Positions 17,753-23,948 of a DNA stretch of 25,204 nucleotides are shown piece by piece (positions within the stretch are counted from its first letter, which is position 1; each line of letters opens with the position of its first letter). Position numbers and translations under genes: made by a program. The stretch is from a virus (lineage: Duplodnaviria; Caudoviricetes), in the IMG/VR virus record IMGVR_UViG_3300035135_002479, positions 1 to 25,204 of that record; one strand, written 5' to 3'. The notes below the pieces were generated by a model that was not told the DNA's origin, searched no databases, and was given only the letters and a program-made list of their open reading frames with translations.

Positions 17753-19437
17753 AAAAACAATTATTAACATTATTATTTCTTCTTGGTACATTCTTCTCGT
17801 ATGGTCAAGAAACAATTAAAATCAACAAAACGAACACAGTTTCGAAAGTTGGTGATACTATTAAACTGAAAGTGGAGTATTCGGGTACAGCAGGAACTGC
17901 AAAACTTACTCAGTTTGATTTTCAGTATAACAACAAGTTACTATCGTTACAATCAAGAAATTGGATTGTATCTTCAAATTCAGCTCAAAAGGCTTATAAC
18001 TCATGGAATGGGTATAAGTGGGGTAACAACACTGCAACAAGTGATATTGATGGCCAGTACGCTGATTTTGTAGCAGGTAGTACTATCTATGGTTCAAACG
18101 CAGATTTTTCGGTAGAGAGAATTACTATCCAAGATGTTACTGCATTTGCCGATGGAGATGGTTGGATGGAGTATAACTTTATTATTAAAGATAAAGCAGG
18201 TACTAACTATTCAGATTATTCTAATCTACTAAGTATGAACTGGGGTTATCTTAAAAAAGATGATGGAACTGAAATAGCAGTAGAAGGTAAGGTAGATAAT
18301 GGAACTGGTTTAAGTTTAACTGGTATCACCGGTGGTGATGCAGGAAATGTAACACTTAAAATATTCAGTAAAGCAATAGATAATTCATTAATAGATGGTA
18401 CAGATTATACTTACTATGTTTATAATAAATCAGATATCGGTGCGGGTAACCAAGTAAATGAGGGAGCAACTCATGTTAAAACAGGTAACTATGATGCATC
18501 AGGTGAAGCAACCGTAAGTGGTTTAGAAAACGATAAAGAATATTTTGTTTGGAACTTCGTTGATGGTTCTAAAGATTATATGGATAACGTAGTAACTGTA
18601 TCTGATTTAGCATTAGTATTTGCTGAAGCAATCGGTGCAGGTTCTTCACCAAATAATTCTTCAACAACATTTGATTATCATATTCAAACATTCTTGGCAA
18701 ACGTAATCCATGATTCACCATTTGATGGAGTGATAAATTTCTCAGATTCATATGAGATACTTGCTTACTTACAAGGTGTAACAAGTGGAAACTCTAATTA
18801 CATTTCTAAGAAAGGTGGAGCAGTACAGAGTGGTGGTACTAAATCAATATTTGGTACAGTAGATGAAAATGGAAGTTATTTAGCTAATTTAGATGCAACT
18901 TTCAAACCAACTGATTCTAATAAATCATTTGAGTTTGCTCATGTTCTAATTGGTGATGTAAACTTCTCACACTCTTATCAACCAGCAAATACAAATGATT
19001 TCAAAATTAGTTCTATGAATATTAGTAATTCTGCACCTCTTGCATCAAGTGCAAGATACACTCCGATTCAACAAAATGTTGATTTGACATCTCAAATTGT
19101 AGATGGTGAAGTAATTTTCTCAATCAATTCAGAAGTAACTGGTATGATTGGAACACAATTTAACATTGTATATGATGATACAAGATTAGAATTAAAGAAC
19201 GTAGTATTCGATACTGGTAACGAAATGACTAACTTCGCTAACCACATCGAAGAAGAAGGAAAAGTAAACATAGGTTCATTTGACCAACAGTTTGAACAAA
19301 CTGTAAAAACAGGTACTCCATATCAATTAATATTCACACCATTAGTTGAATTGAGTAACACATCAGGTTTAATCTCATTTAAGGTTAACGAAGGTGTTAA
19401 GGCAGATGGTACACAAATTAAATTAAACATGGAGTAA
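17749..19437 (+). CDS. Secreted protein with cohesin-like, dockerin-like and second cohesin-like domains
   Basis: Signal peptide ...FSYG|Q. KVGDTIKLKV...QFDFQYNNKLL (cohesin-like); VTVSDLALV and DGVINFSDSYEILAYL (dockerin-like Ca loops); IGDVNFS; GTQFNIVYDDTRLEL (cohesin-like). Confidence 0.65.
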   Translation: MKKQLLTLLFLLGTFFSYGQETIKINKTNTVSKVGDTIKLKVEYSGTAGTAKLTQFDFQYNNKLLSLQSRNWIVSSNSAQKAYNSWNGYKWGNNTATSDIDGQYADFVAGSTIYGSNADFSVERITIQDVTAFADGDGWMEYNFIIKDKAGTNYSDYSNLLSMNWGYLKKDDGTEIAVEGKVDNGTGLSLTGITGGDAGNVTLKIFSKAIDNSLIDGTDYTYYVYNKSDIGAGNQVNEGATHVKTGNYDASGEATVSGLENDKEYFVWNFVDGSKDYMDNVVTVSDLALVFAEAIGAGSSPNNSSTTFDYHIQTFLANVIHDSPFDGVINFSDSYEILAYLQGVTSGNSNYISKKGGAVQSGGTKSIFGTVDENGSYLANLDATFKPTDSNKSFEFAHVLIGDVNFSHSYQPANTNDFKISSMNISNSAPLASSARYTPIQQNVDLTSQIVDGEVIFSINSEVTGMIGTQFNIVYDDTRLELKNVVFDTGNEMTNFANHIEEEGKVNIGSFDQQFEQTVKTGTPYQLIFTPLVELSNTSGLISFKVNEGVKADGTQIKLNME

Positions 19438-19441
19438 AAAA

Positions 19442-19816
19442 ATGAAAAAATTATTATTATCACTTATCGTATTATTATCACTAACATCTTGTATGAAAGA
19501 TGAATTGATAGAACCTATATTCATCGATAGTATGCCAGAGACACTTGTTATTGATGAGTTAGTTGGAATAAAATTAGAAAGTACAATTGTATCTTCAGAA
19601 GTAAGAATGAATATCAAACTTCCTGTGGATGGAACGTACAGAGTGAAAATTAGAGATATAGATAACTCTTTAATTTCACAAGAGAAACTAACGGCAAAAG
19701 AGGGAGATAACATTCTCGCTGTTTACACCAGTAGTTTAGATAAATCCTCATTTACTCTTGAGTTAACTGATGTTAATCACAAGGTAATTGGTAGGACGGT
19801 TTTCGTTAATCAATAA
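19442..19816 (+). CDS. Lipoprotein with a T9SS C-terminal-sorting/FlgD-Ig-like domain
   Basis: Lipobox LTS|C followed by MKDE. YRVKIRDIDNSLIS...EGDNILAVYTSSLDKSSFTLEL resembles the T9SS type-A CTD pattern. Confidence 0.6.
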   Translation: MKKLLLSLIVLLSLTSCMKDELIEPIFIDSMPETLVIDELVGIKLESTIVSSEVRMNIKLPVDGTYRVKIRDIDNSLISQEKLTAKEGDNILAVYTSSLDKSSFTLELTDVNHKVIGRTVFVNQ

Positions 19817-19838
19817 AGGAGTATTATTTTAAGTTAAA

Positions 19839-20339
19839 ATGAAAAAGTTTTTGTTAAGTACAATTACATTAATGTTTATGATGATTAGTTCTTGTCAAAA
19901 TCCATCTTTAGATGAAGGATTTGAAAGGTTGAACCAATCATTTGCAGAGTTAGAAGCAGCATTCGCCGCTCTTAATATTGACCAAATGGAGTCTGATATT
20001 ATTTCGATGAATGACCAACTTGCTCAAATGATATTAGATGTAGAACAACAAAATGGAACTTGGGCTGAAATCATGGATACTATTGAGAATATCAAAAGTA
20101 GATTAGAAGCCATAGTAGTAGAATCCGAAAGTTGGGCAACATCTGAAGATATGGCAGATTTGTTGGTAAAAGTGAGAAATGTAAGAGAAGGAATTGAAAC
20201 CTTAGTTCTCAGAGCTGATTATGACTATGATGGAGTTATCAATGCAATTGATAAATGTCCTGATACACCCTTAACTGAAATTAATAATGTGGATGCACAA
20301 GGTTGTGCACCTGGAGAAACACCTGAGGGGGATGATTAA
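19839..20339 (+). CDS. Lipoprotein: coiled coil plus a C-terminal thrombospondin type-3-like Ca-binding repeat
   Basis: Lipobox ISS|C; heptad-like acidic helix; DYDYDGVINAIDKCPDTP...VDAQGC. Confidence 0.72.
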   Translation: MKKFLLSTITLMFMMISSCQNPSLDEGFERLNQSFAELEAAFAALNIDQMESDIISMNDQLAQMILDVEQQNGTWAEIMDTIENIKSRLEAIVVESESWATSEDMADLLVKVRNVREGIETLVLRADYDYDGVINAIDKCPDTPLTEINNVDAQGCAPGETPEGDD

Positions 20340-20342
20340 ATT

Positions 20343-20636
20343 ATGAGTAAAGAAAAAAAAGAAGGATTCTTTTCACAACTCAAGAACCAAATCATAGCTG
20401 GTGTAGGAGTAATCCTCACCGGCCTTGGTGGTTTGTTTATGGATGAGGTAAAATCATTCATAGGGATTGAAGATGAAGAATCAGCACCTGTTCAAGTAGA
20501 ACAGAAACAAGAAGTGAATGTTGAAGGACCTACAATCGTAGTAAACATTCCAGAACAAAAAAAAGATACCGTTGTAAAAAAGGTATATGTTCAACCTAAA
20601 AAGAAAAAAGAAAAAGAAGAGGAAATAGATTGGTAG
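20343..20636 (+). CDS. Single-pass membrane protein
   Basis: Hydrophobic Gly-rich segment IIAGVGVILTGLGGLFM, then an extended V/P/K-rich region (KKDTVVKKVYV) and a charged tail. Confidence 0.7.
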   Translation: MSKEKKEGFFSQLKNQIIAGVGVILTGLGGLFMDEVKSFIGIEDEESAPVQVEQKQEVNVEGPTIVVNIPEQKKDTVVKKVYVQPKKKKEKEEEIDW

Positions 20637-20637
20637 T

Positions 20638-20958
20638 ATGGAAGAAATAAAAAACAAAATACATCCAGCTGATACAAATGGGGATGGTAAAGTATCCAAA
20701 GAAGAAGAAGCAATGTATCTTGAGTTCAAAAGAAAAGAACTTGATGACCAAGATGCAATGAGAGATGCTCAACGTAAGATGGCATGGTTCGCTTTATTTG
20801 GTATGTTACTTTATCCATTTGCAGTAGTACTTGCAGATGTAATAGGGTTAGACCAAGCATCTAAGATATTAGGTGATATGGCAGCAACCTATTTTGTTTC
20901 AGTTGCAGCAATAGTAGCGGCGTTCTTTGGAACACAAGCTTATAGTAAAAAACAATAA
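20638..20958 (+). CDS. EF-hand plus two-TM small membrane protein
   Basis: Canonical 12-residue loop DTNGDGKVSKEE; TM segments AWFALFGMLLYPFAVVLA and AATYFVSVAAIVAAFFG. Confidence 0.75.
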   Translation: MEEIKNKIHPADTNGDGKVSKEEEAMYLEFKRKELDDQDAMRDAQRKMAWFALFGMLLYPFAVVLADVIGLDQASKILGDMAATYFVSVAAIVAAFFGTQAYSKKQ

Positions 20959-20978
20959 ATTTATATAAAGGAGAGATT

Positions 20979-21236
20979 ATGAGAACATTATTACGAACAA
21001 ACCCAATACTAAACTTTTTTTATAATTTAGTAGAAATGCATTGGTTACCATTAAAAGATATGTGGAATGATGCTGAAACTAAACAAGAAAAAGCAGTAGC
21101 AGTATTTTTTGGAAGTTGGGTAGCTATTCTAATGGTTATGTTTTGGGTAGGTTTCTCACTATTGATATACGGAGTTATATCAGGTGAAGCAGACATTCAA
21201 AACGCAACATGGGGTATCTTTGATACTTTAGGCTAG
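20979..21236 (+). CDS. Small membrane protein
   Basis: AAGGAG 5 nt before ATG; long hydrophobic segment AVAVFFGSWVAILMVMFWVGFSLLIYGVI. Confidence 0.7.
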   Translation: MRTLLRTNPILNFFYNLVEMHWLPLKDMWNDAETKQEKAVAVFFGSWVAILMVMFWVGFSLLIYGVISGEADIQNATWGIFDTLG

Positions 21237-21245
21237 AAAAAAAAT

Positions 21246-21350
21246 ATGAAAAAAATTATAGAATTAATTATCAAAATTGATAAATGGCTCTCGGATAGGA
21301 TATGGGAAATGTATCCAGAGTTAACTAAACACATGAAGGATAAAAAATGA
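21246..21350 (+). CDS. 34-aa peptide translationally coupled to the CsgG-like gene (not in the ORF track)
   Basis: My translation: MKKIIELIIKIDKWLSDRIWEMYPELTKHMKDKK*. It fills the gap and has an ATGA overlap with 21347. Confidence 0.6.
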   Translation: MKKIIELIIKIDKWLSDRIWEMYPELTKHMKDKK

Positions 21351-22063
21351 GATTAATCACAACAATAGTTTTAATGTTGTTTACATTAACAACATTTGGA
21401 CAAACTATTGGTAAGGTTAAAGCTGAAGAATACACCGCAGAATTTGAAAAGAAAAAATCAATTGATGATGTTTCAGATTATTGGGGTGATATGATACCAG
21501 TAGCTCTACTCAATGTTGGTATATCTGATGATTTATATGAGATGTATCCTGAGTTAAGAGATGGTAGAGTAGGTTTAGGTCTTACTAATATCGTAATAGA
21601 ATACTTAGATTGGACAAACAGATTTGAATTCGTAGAAGAAAAATCTGAAATTAAAGATAGAATGAAATCACAATGGGTTGCTTCAAGAAAAGGTGTTTCA
21701 GAAAACCAAGTATATGGATTAGGTAAAATTAAGTTAGCAGAATATTTCGTTACAATAGAGATATATGATTTCTCAGTTTCGGAAGATGAGGTTTTATCCC
21801 TAAAAGATGGTTCTAAACAAACACAAACAACTCGTTTAGGTTTACAAGTAAGGTTTACTAACGCAGAGAATGGTACATATTTCGTAGGTTCCGGTCTTGG
21901 TACGGCGAATACAGTAAAGACTCAAGAGGGTTTGCTGGGGTTAGATTTGGATGAGATAAGATTCAGACAATCAGCAATTGGAGTATCTACCAGAAAAGCG
22001 TTGGAAACCGCTTCCGCACGAATTGTTGCAAGAATGATTCGTAAGGGTATATTTGAAAATTAG
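21347..22063 (+). CDS. CsgG/HfaB-family (curli assembly/transport-like) exported protein
   Basis: Signal ...TTFG|Q. Element order matches CsgG: strand (PVALLNV), loop, helix (GLTNIVIEYL), TNRFEFVEE, GKIKLAEYFVTIEIYDF, LQVRFTNAENG, then a C-terminal helix RKALETASARIV. Confidence 0.75.
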   Translation: MRLITTIVLMLFTLTTFGQTIGKVKAEEYTAEFEKKKSIDDVSDYWGDMIPVALLNVGISDDLYEMYPELRDGRVGLGLTNIVIEYLDWTNRFEFVEEKSEIKDRMKSQWVASRKGVSENQVYGLGKIKLAEYFVTIEIYDFSVSEDEVLSLKDGSKQTQTTRLGLQVRFTNAENGTYFVGSGLGTANTVKTQEGLLGLDLDEIRFRQSAIGVSTRKALETASARIVARMIRKGIFEN

Positions 22064-22074
22064 AAGGGAGTTTT

Positions 22075-23940
22075 GTGTTGAAAAAACTACTCCTAATTTT
22101 ATTTTTATTTGTAAGTTCATTTGCTCAGAGTCAGACATTTACTCAAACATTTGTAGATAGATGTACTGGTAATGTACAAGTGGTAACTGCAAACTTCGCA
22201 ACAGGTTCAGCCGTAGTAGCATTTTATAACAAGGTTAGAGTATTTACATATCAAGAATACTTAAATGGTACACTTCAAAGTTGGTTAATAGAAACTTATG
22301 CTTGGTGGAATAATCTTTCACCTTGTTCAAGTACACAAACTCAAGCTACTAACGCTCAGAACCAAGCAACAAACGCACAAAATCAGGCAACACAAGCTTC
22401 GAATGCGGCAAGTAACGCCGCTAATAATGCAACAAACGCAACTTCAACAGCAAACGCAACAACAGGTACAACACAAACAACAACTACTGGTACATCGGGT
22501 ACAAGTACAAGTGGTTCAACAAATACAGGTTCTACAAACACGAGCAGTTCAAATACTAGCTCATCTAATACAAGTAGTGGAGGAACAGAAAGTGGTAGCA
22601 CAAGTAATAATAACACTTCTTCCGGTAGTAGTGGTGGAGAGAGTTCCAGCTCTTCAAGCTCTAGCGGAGGAGATACGTCAAGTGGCTCGGAATCAAGCTC
22701 TGGCTCGGATTCAAGCTCGAACAACTCATCGGATAACTCGTCAGAAGGCTCATCGGGCTCTTCTTCGGAAAGTTCAGAAGGTAGTGGAGATGTAGATAAT
22801 TCATCTGAAGGTAGTGGAGAATCTTCAGATAACTCAGAAGGTTCATCAGAAGGAAGTGGAGAAGGAGAAGGTTCTGGTGAAGGAGAAGGTTCTGGTGAAG
22901 GAGAAGGAGATGGTGGTGAATCCGATGAAGGTAGTGGTGAATCCGATGAAGGAAGTGATGAATCATCAGAAGAGAGTTCAGAGGAATCAAGTGAAGAAGA
23001 ATCATCAGAAGAAAGCTCAGAAGAGGAATCAAGTGAAGAAGAATCATCAGAGGAATCAGAAGAAGAAAGTTCAGAAGAAGAATCAGAAGAGAGTGAGGAA
23101 GAATCTGAAGAATCAGAAGAAGAAAGTGAAGAGGAAGAATCTGAAGAGGAATCTGAAGAAGAGGAAGAAGAAAGTGAAGAGGAATCAGAGGAAACAGAAG
23201 AGGAAGAAGAAAGTGAAGAAGAGGAAGAAAAGAAATTCTTACCAATACAATTAAAAGCAGATTTTATGCAGATGCAAACTCCTGTTGGAATCTACAATTC
23301 GGTTCTAAATATCGGAGCATCTCGTTCATCAATTTATGGTGATGTTTCTTATACAGCAAACGTAATGGTTTGGGATAACTTACAACAATTTTCTTTTATG
23401 GCAGCCCGTTCTAAAGTAAATCTTACAGAAGATTATAAAGTAAAGAACGTAATGGCAACTTCAATTGCATATTCAAATAACTTTGGATATTCAAGTTTAA
23501 TGGTTTCAAGGTCAGCTATGAAACCATTTGATAATGGATTGACAGTTGGTGTTGGAGTAACAGCAGGTACCTCATTTGTATCATACCCAATCAAAGAAAA
23601 CTTTATGATATCTTATAACATATTAGCAACAAAATCATTTAAGATAACACCAGCTATAACTTATTCACCAGCATTAATTTGGACACAAACACCATTCACA
23701 AGTATAGAAGGTGGAGTAGGTTTAGAAAAAACATATTATAAAGATAATCCATTTGGAATTAAATTTGAAAACGCACTAAGAGGACAACGAGTACATGGTA
23801 TGGGAATCATAGCAAATTCGTTTATGATACAACTTACACCAAGATTTGGATTTAACGTAGGATGGACTGCAATTAAATCAACAGATAATCAGATACCTTT
23901 AATCAATTCATTTATGATAGGTTCTAAAATTCCATTATAA
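22075..23940 (+). CDS. Exported protein: small N-domain, ~300-aa low-complexity Thr/Ser/Glu stalk, C-terminal putative beta-barrel
   Basis: GGGAG before GTG 22075 / TTG 22078; signal ...FAQS|Q; two Cys in the N-domain. The last ~235 aa contain amphipathic strands (VSYTANVMVW, LTVGVGVTAG, FGFNVGWT, FMIGSKIPL). Confidence 0.75.
   Translation: MLKKLLLILFLFVSSFAQSQTFTQTFVDRCTGNVQVVTANFATGSAVVAFYNKVRVFTYQEYLNGTLQSWLIETYAWWNNLSPCSSTQTQATNAQNQATNAQNQATQASNAASNAANNATNATSTANATTGTTQTTTTGTSGTSTSGSTNTGSTNTSSSNTSSSNTSSGGTESGSTSNNNTSSGSSGGESSSSSSSSGGDTSSGSESSSGSDSSSNNSSDNSSEGSSGSSSESSEGSGDVDNSSEGSGESSDNSEGSSEGSGEGEGSGEGEGSGEGEGDGGESDEGSGESDEGSDESSEESSEESSEEESSEESSEEESSEEESSEESEEESSEEESEESEEESEESEEESEEEESEEESEEEEEESEEESEETEEEEESEEEEEKKFLPIQLKADFMQMQTPVGIYNSVLNIGASRSSIYGDVSYTANVMVWDNLQQFSFMAARSKVNLTEDYKVKNVMATSIAYSNNFGYSSLMVSRSAMKPFDNGLTVGVGVTAGTSFVSYPIKENFMISYNILATKSFKITPAITYSPALIWTQTPFTSIEGGVGLEKTYYKDNPFGIKFENALRGQRVHGMGIIANSFMIQLTPRFGFNVGWTAIKSTDNQIPLINSFMIGSKIPL
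22335..23230 (+). repeat. Low-complexity coding tract with internal tandem repeats
   Basis: QATNAQN repeats; 18-nt unit GAAGGAGAAGGTTCTGGT twice (22861-22896); 21-nt period GESDEGS (22915-22952); identical 29-nt blocks at 22981-23009 and 23023-23051; EESS/EESE units. Confidence 0.9.
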
Positions 23941-23948
23941 TTATTAGT

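Noticed and set aside
1900-20729. Short minus-strand ORFs in the track (e.g. 1900-2142, 5412-5717, 9618-9887, 12396-12674, 19423-19713, 20481-20729)
   Set aside because: All are antisense to well-supported + strand genes and show no motifs.
19442-21236. Lysis cassette (holin/spanins) interpretation of the lipoproteins and small membrane proteins
   Set aside because: No endolysin is nearby and there is no nested or overlapping i-/o-spanin arrangement. The lipoproteins carry Ig-like and TSP3 domains.
22861-23230. Tandem repeats as a possible CRISPR array (given the Cas4-like gene)
   Set aside because: Units are in-frame multiples of 3, degenerate, have no unique spacers and encode the E/S tract.
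22298-23254. Long alternative-frame ORFs (+22298-22795, +22814-23254, -22383-22724, -22661-23245)
   Set aside because: They are shadows of the low-complexity Ser/Glu codons, which lack stops in other frames. They lie wholly inside 22075-23940.
21347-23940. True curli (csgBAC/csgDEFG) operon
   Set aside because: No curlin repeats or recognisable CsgE/CsgF. The QATNA stretch is short and helix-like, and the CsgG-like protein has no lipobox.
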